Positions 50,452 to 59,379 of a DNA stretch of 64,000 nucleotides are shown piece after piece. This DNA is from Candidatus Omnitrophota bacterium. GTDB lineage: Bacteria; Omnitrophota; Gorgyraeia; Zapsychrales; JAKLDJ01. The DNA lies in the NCBI GenBank assembly GCA_022703585.1, contig JAKLDJ010000002.1, positions 155,413 to 219,412 of the forward strand. The letters run 5' to 3'. Each line of letters starts with the position of its first letter. Position 1 is the first letter of the stretch. Both the position numbers and the translations under genes were made by a program. The notes under the pieces were generated by a model. It was not told the origin of the DNA. It was given only the letters and a program-made list of their open reading frames with translations, and ran no database searches.

Positions 50452-50946
50452 TCAGCGGTAATTGTTAAAACTCAGATGCAGGGGAAAATCAATGCCGCGT
50501 AAATGCGCAATAACAGCCTGCAGGTCATCTTTCTTGGCCGAAGAAACCTTGATTTTTTCTCCTTCGATTTGCGCCTGCACTTTAAGATTCAGATCTTTAA
50601 TAATTTTCACCAGATCTTTTGCTTTTTCTTTCGGAATACCAGTAGATATCTCGATAATCTGGCGCAACGTACCTTCAAAAGCCGCCTCGGGCGTTTTAAA
50701 AGTAAGCGATTTATGGGAAATACCACGCTTGGACATCTTTGAAATCAAGATATCATTGAGGGCGCGCAGCTTGTAGTCATCGTCGCCGACCAAGGTAATC
50801 TTTTTTTCCTCGCGGTTATAGGCAATCGAGGCTTTGCTGTCCTTAAAGTCGTACCGCTGGCTTAATTCTTTCCTGGCCTGATTAACGGCATTATCGACCT
50901 CCTGGAGATCGACTTCGGAAACAATATCGAAAGAAAAATTGGGCAT
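50452..50946 (-). CDS. yajQ: YajQ family (UPF0234) nucleotide/c-di-GMP-binding protein
   Basis: 164 aa; full-length YajQ similarity. Confidence 0.8.
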   Translation of the reverse strand: MPNFSFDIVSEVDLQEVDNAVNQARKELSQRYDFKDSKASIAYNREEKKITLVGDDDYKLRALNDILISKMSKRGISHKSLTFKTPEAAFEGTLRQIIEISTGIPKEKAKDLVKIIKDLNLKVQAQIEGEKIKVSSAKKDDLQAVIAHLRGIDFPLHLSFNNYR

Positions 50947-50964
50947 ATCTATCTTCCTGTTCTT

Positions 50965-51150
50965 TTAACGGGCCGAATAAAACATCCACGCCGCCAGCAA
51001 AGCCGTTGTCACAAACGCTCCCCAGCTGAACCATTGCGGCACTGTAAAATTACCGATAGTAATTTCAACTCTTGATAGCATCCTAAGCAAATGAACCAAT
51101 GCGATCAAAAGAAAAACTATCCCCGAAACCAATAACGGCCATTTATACAT
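50965..51150 (-). CDS. Small two-TM membrane protein, unknown function
   Basis: 61 aa; two hydrophobic helices. Confidence 0.45.
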   Translation of the reverse strand: MYKWPLLVSGIVFLLIALVHLLRMLSRVEITIGNFTVPQWFSWGAFVTTALLAAWMFYSAR

Positions 51151-51206
51151 AAAACCTCCCTTGCCTATTTTTTAACAGCCGTAACAATATACCTCAATAT
51201 CCCGCT

Positions 51207-51590
51207 TTATTTGGTAGTATCTTGATCCGTGTCTGCGGCAGGGACAACAATCGTTTGTTCTCCTATGCCGCCTTCGCTGCAGATAGCCTTGACCCGAATG
51301 GTATCACCGGCCACGGCACTTAAGGGAATGCTCTTGGTCATGCTATGGGCGGAAGTTTGCTGGACAATCGTCGAGTCTAAAACCATTTCATCATTCTTAA
51401 ATATCTGGATTTTTCGAATATGATGCCTAATCATGTTACTGCCGGTTACGTGAGTCATGGCGATGTGAAGCACCCCTTCGGCGGGATCATAGTTTACCCT
51501 TAAGTCAGATGGCGGATGAGCAAAAAGAGGCACAGCAGTACAGAACAAAAGAAAAGCGGCAAGAAAAGAGATTCTATTAAAAATCTTCAT
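51207..51590 (-). CDS. Secreted protein of unknown function (Sec signal peptide, His-rich)
   Basis: 127 aa; signal peptide MKIFNRISFLAAFLLFCTAVPLFA; start overlaps the stop of the upstream gene (ATGA). Confidence 0.6.
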   Translation of the reverse strand: MKIFNRISFLAAFLLFCTAVPLFAHPPSDLRVNYDPAEGVLHIAMTHVTGSNMIRHHIRKIQIFKNDEMVLDSTIVQQTSAHSMTKSIPLSAVAGDTIRVKAICSEGGIGEQTIVVPAADTDQDTTK

Positions 51591-52000
51591 TTGGCAGCCC
51601 TATCAATAAGGACATTGACGCGAGTCAAGAGTTCTTCGGCCAGATGATCGCCTTTTCTGGCCTTTAGATGCCTCTTTTCGTTCTTTCCAATAACCTCATC
51701 CAGTTCTTTTAAAATCCTTTCAAAAGCCCCAACCAGATGATTAGAGACACGATAAGCCCAAATAATGATAAAAAGAAAAACGACAGGCATAATCATCAAG
51801 CCGAGGAGAATCGCAATCTTGATAGTCGGGATTTTGGCGTCCGTGGCCATAAGTGCATTCGTCATATCATAGCACAAATAAGATGCAGCTAAAGAAAGCG
51901 CCGCCACAACCGCCAGGGCGGAAAACACAAAGATATGCAGAATCGGTCTCTGGAATTTGCTGGTTCTCAAAAACACTCTCCGCTTGGCAGCTTCCGTCAT
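51587..52000 (-). CDS. Two-TM membrane protein with C-terminal amphipathic helix, unknown function
   Basis: 137 aa; translationally coupled to the 127 aa secreted protein. Confidence 0.6.
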   Translation of the reverse strand: MTEAAKRRVFLRTSKFQRPILHIFVFSALAVVAALSLAASYLCYDMTNALMATDAKIPTIKIAILLGLMIMPVVFLFIIIWAYRVSNHLVGAFERILKELDEVIGKNEKRHLKARKGDHLAEELLTRVNVLIDRAAK

Positions 52001-52154
52001 ATTTACTCCTTTTGCTCTAGAGATACATCTTCCGAATCGGGAATTCTTTTCTTTCGACTCAGTTTACGCCCAAACTCAAAAGACTGCAACTTAAATCTAA
52101 ACGCGTAAAAACGCAAATCCCCGCGAGCGTTTTTCTGCTTGCTGCGCTCTTCTT

Positions 52155-53735
52155 TTATTTCACGTCTTTCTGTGAAAACACCTGTGCGGTAAATATCTCA
52201 ATCGTGGTTTGGGGATCTTTCCAAGCATCGGGAGGCAAGCCAGCTTTATGCGCGCATAGATTGGAGAGAAATTCCTCTCGGCTCCAACCGGTTTCAGTCG
52301 CCACCTGCGGTAAAAATACACCCCGGTTAAAAAGACCTCGTCCAACAATAACGCCGTGAACTCCCATCTGGATTTCGCCGACGTCCTTTATACGTCGGGG
52401 CCTGGATAATACAGAAATTTCGATATCGATATCCTTTAACTCATCCGCCGCAACCGGATGAAATCGGGGATCCTCTGTTGCCGCCGCAATCGCCATATTT
52501 CTTACGGTTTTATACAGTGGCCCGCTTCCTAAAATATTACCGATGCAACCGCGTAACTCTCCGTGCTTGTGGATAGTCACAAAAGCTCCCTCTTCCGCAG
52601 AAAGACGAGGATCGGACTCACTAGGTTCAAACGTCTCTTTCTTCTGGATGTAGGCAAAAATGGTTTTTTGGGCAATGTCGATTAATTTCTTTCTTTGTTC
52701 CGCATTAAGCAATGCTGTTTTTTCTTCTTTCTTCGCCATAGTCTCACCATCAGTCTCTTTCTTCAAGTTATCCTGCACAGGTCGATCCTTTTCTGAATTC
52801 TCCCGCTCTTTGTCTTGAGCCGCCTGTTGGGCAGAATCGTTTGAATCCTTTTTATAAAACACAGCGGCACCATAACCGACAACAGCACTCTTGTCTCCGG
52901 TGATATCTCCTGAATTCGCATATCTTAAGATATCGACACCGTCTAACCCTTTTAATCCCGCGTACAAAAGAGCCGTGACTGTGCCCGAAAACCCGCACAA
53001 TTCAACATCGCGTAAAAGACAATGGGTCCAAAGCTGCTGCGCCTTAAAGTTTTTAATAAGTGAAAGTGTGGCAGCATCCATTCGCCGGGCTGTTGCGTCA
53101 TTATGGTAATGGGACATATCCGTGCTAACGACAACGAGAATATCCTCTCTCTTTCCGGTGACCCGGATAAGCGCATCGGCTAAATTCCTGCAATTATCCA
53201 AGCTCGGTTTCCCTGTCAATATAGGGATAATCTTGAAATTTTTCAACGTCTTCTGCAAAAACGGAATCTGCACCTCGAGAGAATGTTCTTTGTCAAAAGC
53301 CTGCGGAAAGGATTTTATTTTATCGGTTGCCGAAAGAAGTTCTTGGGCTAATTGGGCATCCACTTCGACTTTTCCCAAAGGAGTTTCAAAGCTCCCTTGG
53401 GGCCAAATTGCAAAACCCTCAAAATCCGAGAAATGGCTCACCGCGATAATGATAACGGTTGTGTATTTCTGGTTGCTGATAGCCTTATAGGCGTACGCGG
53501 CCACCGGCCCCGAATAAACATAGCCGGCATGGGGCACGATAATCAGTTCGACTTTTTTTTGGTAGGGTTGAACCCGGGCAAGTTCAAAGAAGGCATCGAT
53601 GCTTTTTGACAACTTCGTTGTGTCACCGGAATAGAATTGGCCACTGACATTCGGCTTTTTGATATCGGACTGGCTGAAGGCTGACGGCAATAATATCGCC
53701 GTCAAAAACATTATCGTTAAAATAATCTTGGTCAC
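52155..53735 (-). CDS. Secreted fusion of a Memo-like (AmmeMemoRadiSam protein B) domain and an AMMECR1 (protein A) domain
   Basis: 526 aa; signal peptide MTKIILTIMFLTAILLPSAFSQ; Memo-like IIVPHAGYVYSGPVAAYAY; C-terminal AMMECR1 core GAFVTIHKHGELRGCIGN. Confidence 0.7.
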   Translation of the reverse strand: MTKIILTIMFLTAILLPSAFSQSDIKKPNVSGQFYSGDTTKLSKSIDAFFELARVQPYQKKVELIIVPHAGYVYSGPVAAYAYKAISNQKYTTVIIIAVSHFSDFEGFAIWPQGSFETPLGKVEVDAQLAQELLSATDKIKSFPQAFDKEHSLEVQIPFLQKTLKNFKIIPILTGKPSLDNCRNLADALIRVTGKREDILVVVSTDMSHYHNDATARRMDAATLSLIKNFKAQQLWTHCLLRDVELCGFSGTVTALLYAGLKGLDGVDILRYANSGDITGDKSAVVGYGAAVFYKKDSNDSAQQAAQDKERENSEKDRPVQDNLKKETDGETMAKKEEKTALLNAEQRKKLIDIAQKTIFAYIQKKETFEPSESDPRLSAEEGAFVTIHKHGELRGCIGNILGSGPLYKTVRNMAIAAATEDPRFHPVAADELKDIDIEISVLSRPRRIKDVGEIQMGVHGVIVGRGLFNRGVFLPQVATETGWSREEFLSNLCAHKAGLPPDAWKDPQTTIEIFTAQVFSQKDVK

Positions 53736-53787
53736 GTCATGCCCCTTGGAAGAAAGTTAAAGGAGGCGGGGGAAGCGCCGCACGTTT

Positions 53788-54231
53788 TTATTGTTTGCTT
53801 AGGAAATAACGGTCGAGACTCAGAAGAGAAGTTTTTTGGATGAAGGCTCGCAAGAAAGTGACGGTAATTAAAAGAACCGTATCCATCGCCACCGTCACCG
53901 CCAGCGGAAGAGGCAGCAGATCGCCAAAGCATCCGCACTCGGTAATGGGCAGGTTCCTTAAGATGGCTTGTCCGAGAACAAAAATAAAGATAATCAACAA
54001 GGCCCACATTCCCCTTAGCGTGATTTTAAGCCAAAGCCCCAGAATCATAAAAACGCCTAGGATAAATTCTATCCAGGGCATAAACCAGGCCGTTAGCAAA
54101 TCCAGCGGTTTTCCGACCAGTTCATAGCTCTGAACGACATAAAGGAAATTCTCGTACGGGTTAATCAGTTTTTCAAACCCAGAAACTACAAAAAAGATTC
54201 CAATTAAGATTCTAATAATCGCTAAGGCCAT
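53788..54231 (-). CDS. MauE/DoxX-like membrane protein
   Basis: 147 aa; four TM helices and CGCFG motif. Confidence 0.65.
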   Translation of the reverse strand: MALAIIRILIGIFFVVSGFEKLINPYENFLYVVQSYELVGKPLDLLTAWFMPWIEFILGVFMILGLWLKITLRGMWALLIIFIFVLGQAILRNLPITECGCFGDLLPLPLAVTVAMDTVLLITVTFLRAFIQKTSLLSLDRYFLSKQ

Positions 54232-54860
54232 TAGAGACTATCTCCTTTAAAGAACTTCTCCAGCTCTTCCCGTAAAGGTTTAGGGCCGGTAAGCATTTTC
54301 CCGTTTAAAAAATATGTCGGCGTCGATTGGACCCCCCGAGCCCTGCCTTCAGCTTTCTCATTTAAAACATCCGTTTTCGTTTTTTCATTTTCAGCGCAGC
54401 TTTGAAATTTAGGGATATTAAGACGGAGCTGTTTGGCAATATCAATAAACAGCGAATCGGGATTGATCATTCTTTCCCACACCGAACGCTTTTCAAGCAT
54501 TGTGTAGAAAAACGGCCAGAAATTATTCTGCCGGGCCGCGCATTCGCTGTACACGGCGGTCTTTAGGGCATGGCGGTGAATTTGACTTAACGGGTAATAT
54601 TTTAATTCGAGATAAATCTGGGCAGGATACTTTTCAATGTATTCCTTCAGGAGCAGGGAACCGCTAATACACCCGGGGCATTGAAAATCGATGTATTCAA
54701 CAATACGGATAGGCGCCCTGGGATTACCCTTGGTCCGGGCAGCAGAGACTTGGCTGGGAGAGAGGCGACGGGCCCTGTCCATCAAAAGACGCACTGCATT
54801 AATAAATACGACACTCGCAACAATAACGAGAGCAGTCACCGCAGGTTTTGATATTTTCAT
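54231..54860 (-). CDS. DsbA/MauD-like thioredoxin-fold thiol:disulfide oxidoreductase, membrane-anchored
   Basis: 209 aa; N-terminal TM; CPGC active site; stop overlaps the MauE-like start. Confidence 0.7.
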   Translation of the reverse strand: MKISKPAVTALVIVASVVFINAVRLLMDRARRLSPSQVSAARTKGNPRAPIRIVEYIDFQCPGCISGSLLLKEYIEKYPAQIYLELKYYPLSQIHRHALKTAVYSECAARQNNFWPFFYTMLEKRSVWERMINPDSLFIDIAKQLRLNIPKFQSCAENEKTKTDVLNEKAEGRARGVQSTPTYFLNGKMLTGPKPLREELEKFFKGDSL

Positions 54861-54980
54861 AGAAATCTCTTCTTGAATTTAAAGGAAGCCGGGACATTGC
54901 GCCTGAGTCCCCTCATATCAAGAGAGGATTTTACTCTTTGATGCTGATAAAATCAAGATTTTTAAGGGAAATACTCAAAG

Positions 54981-55029
54981 ATTGAAAAAGCTTGGGGGCC
55001 GTTCGACCTTTAGTCGAACGGCCCCCAAG
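54981..55029 (-). terminator. Rho-independent terminator (17 bp perfect stem) downstream of the glycine-zipper lipoprotein gene; T-tracts on both sides
   Basis: cttgggggccgttcgac-cttta-gtcgaacggcccccaag followed by CTTTTTCAATCTTT on the minus strand and CACATTTTTCT on the plus strand. Confidence 0.75.
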
Positions 55030-55075
55030 CACATTTTTCTCCGGGCACCTCAAGCCAAAAAGCCCGTCATAACAA

Positions 55076-55378
55076 TTACTTTTTCTCGATAAGCTCTAAC
55101 GGTGTACCATCCTTAGGACAAGTCTCAACCCCGCTGGTATAACGCGCCCCGCATTTCGGACAAAACTTTTTATCCATCTTCTCGCCGATAATGGCACCAG
55201 CCACGGCACCCGCACCCGCACCAATCAACGCACCGCCGACACCATGCCCTGACTGATGACCGATGATCCCCCCGAGCACGGCACCCGTACCGCCACCAAT
55301 AGCCGCACCTTTCTCAGTCGTGGTACAACCGACGATAAATGCCGCCACAAAAATTAAAGAAATACATAACCGGCGCAT
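55076..55378 (-). CDS. Small lipoprotein with a glycine-zipper segment and C-terminal CxxC...C..D zinc-ribbon-like motif
   Basis: ~100 aa from MRRLCISLIFVAAFIVGC (lipobox); GAAIGGGTGAVLGGIIGHQSGHGVGGALIGAGAGAVAGAIIG; CPKCG...CPKDG; SD GGGAG. Confidence 0.65.
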   Translation of the reverse strand: MRRLCISLIFVAAFIVGCTTTEKGAAIGGGTGAVLGGIIGHQSGHGVGGALIGAGAGAVAGAIIGEKMDKKFCPKCGARYTSGVETCPKDGTPLELIEKK

Positions 55379-55424
55379 ACACCCATCTCCCAGCATGAGC
55401 AACTAGCTTGGTTGTTTCCTTAAA

Positions 55425-55838
55425 TTATTTTAAATACGTGCCTAACTTCATCCAGGTTTGCTGGCCAACCACGCCGTCAGCTTTTAAACCATTAGCTTTT
55501 TGAAAATCTTTAATCGCCGTCTTGGTTTTGGTGCCGATTTTCCCGTCTACAGGGCCGTCATAAAGACCGGCGTTTTTAAGCGCGGTCTGCACGCTTTTCG
55601 TATCCGGTTTGACAAAATCCCCTTTAGGGACAAGGGTAATATTGCGGATTTGGGCCTCTTTCACTTCCTGCAATTGAAACTGAAGATTCTCAATCTCGCT
55701 ATCTCTTTCCTGCAATTTAGACTCCAATTCGGAAACCCTCATTTCCATCTGATCTGTTGTAGCAACATTTTTCTTTGTCGTCGCACAACCCGCCAAACCT
55801 ACCGCCAAGATAATAGTTAACAATATCCTTAAAAGCAT
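55425..55838 (-). CDS. Lipoprotein with coiled-coil and C-terminal peptidoglycan-binding (PG_binding_1-like) domain
   Basis: 137 aa; lipobox LAGC; C-terminal TKTAIKDFQKANGLKADGVVGQQTW. Confidence 0.7.
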   Translation of the reverse strand: MLLRILLTIILAVGLAGCATTKKNVATTDQMEMRVSELESKLQERDSEIENLQFQLQEVKEAQIRNITLVPKGDFVKPDTKSVQTALKNAGLYDGPVDGKIGTKTKTAIKDFQKANGLKADGVVGQQTWMKLGTYLK

Positions 55839-56013
55839 CCTTCTCCTCCTTTATAATTAAATAATTATTCCGAAACTTAAGACCTGCCTATTTGGACATT
55901 TTAATATTTTTTATTCGGGATGCTATGATTATACAACAAAAAACAAGAAATCAAATAAAATCTCGATTAAATTTCGATTGTCAATCAGCAAAAAGGGGCA
56001 TACGCCCACATCC

Positions 56014-56901
56014 CTAAAGCTCTACCCCCAAGAATCTTCTAATCATCCAGCCCATGGCAAAACTGATCGCTGCAACCGTCAAGGAAAGAATAGCCATTTC
56101 CAAGAATCGCCGCCAGAATTTAAGACTTTTGGCCGTAGTAATATAAAAGGTATAACCGAATATAATCAAAATGCTAGAAGTAAGCATGACGGCCAAGGCC
56201 AGATATAAATTAGAGATAAAAAAATACGGGATAATGAGCACGGCAACCGTTAGAAGATAGGTAATGCCCGTATAAATAGCCGATTTAAACGGATTTTTCT
56301 TAAGATTCTGGTCCGCCTCTTCTTTAGAGGACAGGTAGCTTGAAGCCGCCATCGACAGAGAGGCGGCAAAACCTGTGATGAGACCGGTGATGCCGATAAT
56401 CTTGCCATTCTGCAAGGCAAAGGTAAGGCCGGTTAAGGCCCCGGTTAATTCTACCAGCGCATCGTTAAGCCCCAGAACCATCGAACCGGCATACTCAACT
56501 CGCTCTTCCTTTAAAATATCTAACAACTCTTTCTCATGCCTCTGCTCATCGACCATAATTTTCGTCGTTTCGGAAAACTGGTCTTTAAGTTTCAAGTATG
56601 CCCGTATAGCGACGGCCTCGCCTTTTTCCATCAGTTTCAGACCAAATGACAGCCCAAAAATACGCGAAACGAGGATATACCAAAAGACCATCAAGCGATC
56701 AGGCTTTATTTCTACCTGAGTAATCGATTTCCAATATTCGTAGTGCCTTAATTCATCCTTGGCAATCGTCTCGAGAATTTGACGGTTGTGAATATCCCGG
56801 GTATTTCTTGCCAAGCCGGAGTAAATAAAATGCTCGGCAATCTCGTTCCTTTGCGCGGTTTTAATCACGGCCAACGTTTGCGGGTCAATGGTTTTTGCCA
56901 T
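56014..56901 (-). CDS. Ferritin/rubrerythrin-like domain fused to VIT1/CCC1-family iron transporter
   Basis: 295 aa; N-terminal E..H diiron-like helices (EHFIYSG...ELRHYEYW) and a C-terminal 5-TM VIT1 domain. Confidence 0.7.
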   Translation of the reverse strand: MAKTIDPQTLAVIKTAQRNEIAEHFIYSGLARNTRDIHNRQILETIAKDELRHYEYWKSITQVEIKPDRLMVFWYILVSRIFGLSFGLKLMEKGEAVAIRAYLKLKDQFSETTKIMVDEQRHEKELLDILKEERVEYAGSMVLGLNDALVELTGALTGLTFALQNGKIIGITGLITGFAASLSMAASSYLSSKEEADQNLKKNPFKSAIYTGITYLLTVAVLIIPYFFISNLYLALAVMLTSSILIIFGYTFYITTAKSLKFWRRFLEMAILSLTVAAISFAMGWMIRRFLGVEL

Positions 56902-56989
56902 ATTTATCCTCTTAAGATAGCGTCCGGGCGCCCCGCCTTTAAGGCGGGGCGCCCGGAGTCAGTCCCTCTACTATTAAACTTATTTTTTC

Positions 56990-59206
56990 CTAACTGCTCT
57001 TCGCCTTTCTTTTCTTAACCATTATAAAAATCCGGACAACAAGCACAAGAATAGCTAGCCATATAATAACTTTAACCGGCTTCTTAACTTTCTCTACGAC
57101 AGAAGTATAGCTGACCTTCAGCCAAGGACTTTCCCCTTCAACCACCAGCAGCTTGGAGAATCGGAACAATTTTCCCTGTCGGGGAATGCTAATTTCAATC
57201 GGCAACACCCCTTTGGTAAGCGCTCCTTCTGCTTGGGGCATTTGCATAGATTGCTGGCCTTCTTTTCCCCCTCGGCCAACTGAAAATTGCGTGCTTAAAT
57301 AACCCGGCTCATACTGCTCTCCGATATTGTCAGCTGAGTCCTTAAAGCGTCCTTGCACCCCACGGCTCGCAAACGACCCCACGGCTCCCCCTAATCCGCC
57401 TGAATGACTTTGGGTATAGGGGACATCTGCTATGTTCTGCACATCGCCGCCAAAACTAAAATAGCTGTATTCGTAAGGCAAATAAACCGACCAATGGCAT
57501 TCGCTGATCGGCACGTCGGTTGTAGGGAGACTCAGCTTCATTGAGCCAAACCATTTCATGCTCTCGCCCTTGTCCAAATAAACAATTTCAACCGGGAACG
57601 TGGTTAAGGTTTTCCCTTTAAGCTCTGATTTCTGTAAAGGAATCAGGATATTGCCCTTATCATCTTTGGCGGGTTTAACCGGTGCGCCCGACACAAACGA
57701 GCTCCAGATAGATACATCTTTGGGGAGATTCAATCTTAAATACTGCTTAACATTGTTTCTAATGTGATAAGTAACTTTGGTGAGAATTTTCCCTTCTTTC
57801 GTGCGCAGCATGATATGATCCGCCGAATCAATGGTCGCAATTAAGACCGGCAATTCTTCGTGCCTGGTAATCTCCAGGTCAATCTTAAAACCGTCATTGA
57901 GATATTTAAATGCCAGCAGGATCGGATTGGATGATGTGCTCCAAACAGAGGAAGGGAGTTGTTTGGTATCGATTTCCGTAACCTTATCCTTACTTTTAAC
58001 CGCAAGCTCGACATTGGTGCTGGCAGCTATGCCATAAAATCCGTTTTCACGCTCAACCCCGGCTGCCTTGATCCAGGGCATTTCGACAACTTGAGAACCT
58101 TCTCCGATGTTACGCTCATAAACGACATTAAGAACATATTTTCCTTTAACGCCGTAATTTAAAAAGACATCAACATACTGCACGCCGTCTTTCTTTGAAG
58201 GTTTCCAGTCGCGCAGATTATCCGCGGAAACATTTAATACGCTCACATCCTCCGGTAAAGCAACCCTTAAAGAAGCCACTTCAGACTGCAATATAGAATA
58301 TTCTATACGCGATTGATTTTTTATAACCCCGCCGCCGACCGAGGAAGTCGTTGACGTTTCCGCGTATAATTTCGGCTCTAATTTCTCGGTAACGGTAATT
58401 TGCTGCTTAGGAAGTGCCGTCGTCCAACGGACATCTGCGGAAGAAGTATTAGGCATAATCGCCCAAGCCATGGTTTTATCGTTTTCTTGTGTGGTCTCGA
58501 CTTTAATAGCCGGCTCAATAAAAACTTGGATATCCTTGCCCGGAATGGTGAATTCAAATTGTGACAGCGGAGCCGGTATCATTTCCGCTTTGAAATTTCC
58601 CGGGCCCCCTTCACGCTCACGATTTGCCTTAATCAAGAATTCAATATTCAAATTGTAGCGGCCGGGCTTATCGATCATGAGGTAGTATTTACCGTCTTGG
58701 TTGATAACGAAAGATTTGCCTTTATTAACCTTGACATCCACCAACCCCACCGAATCACCTACCAAAGGAATCTGTGTCCAGCCCTCTTTCTTAAAAACCT
58801 CAAAAATAACTTCACCGGTTACGGTAACGACATTTTCGTCAATTTCCGACTTATACACGACATTGTAAATCGCATAAGAAGAAAGAATAGCAGGGCTTAA
58901 AACAGTATCAGCTCTTAGCGAGGAAACCTTCTTGGGAGAAAATTCATCGGCTGGAGCTGATGTTGCAGGCCTGTCATAGTCCTTTTTATCGGTCTCCAAA
59001 CTTGTCTTTAATTCTTCCTTGCCGCCGGAAAAATCAGAGCCACTATATTGAAAAGTCTGGGAACCGGACTGATACTGCATACTGTTTCCGACATTTATTC
59101 TTTGCTGCATCTTGCCCTTAATAGATCCGGCTAATAGAATTTCCGGTGCAGTTAAAAGAAAACAGACAGCTGATACATAAACAAGCAATCTTTTAAAAGC
59201 GTTCAT
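56990..59206 (-). CDS. Large secreted protein with C-terminal TM anchor, unknown function (possibly DUF4139-like)
   Basis: 738 aa; signal peptide; beta-rich; C-terminal KVIIWLAILVLVVRIFIMVKKRK; strong SD AGGAGG. Confidence 0.6.
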   Translation of the reverse strand: MNAFKRLLVYVSAVCFLLTAPEILLAGSIKGKMQQRINVGNSMQYQSGSQTFQYSGSDFSGGKEELKTSLETDKKDYDRPATSAPADEFSPKKVSSLRADTVLSPAILSSYAIYNVVYKSEIDENVVTVTGEVIFEVFKKEGWTQIPLVGDSVGLVDVKVNKGKSFVINQDGKYYLMIDKPGRYNLNIEFLIKANREREGGPGNFKAEMIPAPLSQFEFTIPGKDIQVFIEPAIKVETTQENDKTMAWAIMPNTSSADVRWTTALPKQQITVTEKLEPKLYAETSTTSSVGGGVIKNQSRIEYSILQSEVASLRVALPEDVSVLNVSADNLRDWKPSKKDGVQYVDVFLNYGVKGKYVLNVVYERNIGEGSQVVEMPWIKAAGVERENGFYGIAASTNVELAVKSKDKVTEIDTKQLPSSVWSTSSNPILLAFKYLNDGFKIDLEITRHEELPVLIATIDSADHIMLRTKEGKILTKVTYHIRNNVKQYLRLNLPKDVSIWSSFVSGAPVKPAKDDKGNILIPLQKSELKGKTLTTFPVEIVYLDKGESMKWFGSMKLSLPTTDVPISECHWSVYLPYEYSYFSFGGDVQNIADVPYTQSHSGGLGGAVGSFASRGVQGRFKDSADNIGEQYEPGYLSTQFSVGRGGKEGQQSMQMPQAEGALTKGVLPIEISIPRQGKLFRFSKLLVVEGESPWLKVSYTSVVEKVKKPVKVIIWLAILVLVVRIFIMVKKRKAKSS

Positions 59207-59238
59207 TTTCGTAGCCTCCTTTTATAAGTTAAAATGCA

Positions 59239-59282
59239 GGAAATAAAAGCATGGGGGCAATCCGCTTTTGCGGATTGCCCCC
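59239..59282 (-). terminator. Rho-independent terminator downstream of the aldehyde dehydrogenase gene
   Basis: gggggcaatccgc-tttt-gcggattgccccc (13 bp stem) followed by ATGCTTTTATTT on the minus strand. Confidence 0.75.
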
Positions 59283-59379
59283 TTGGATTAAAATTTATAA
59301 GTTCATACCGTCAAATAACATACGGTAATTTTAACGTTAATTATCAAACAGGGCAAGAAAAATAATCCCGGCCTTATAA

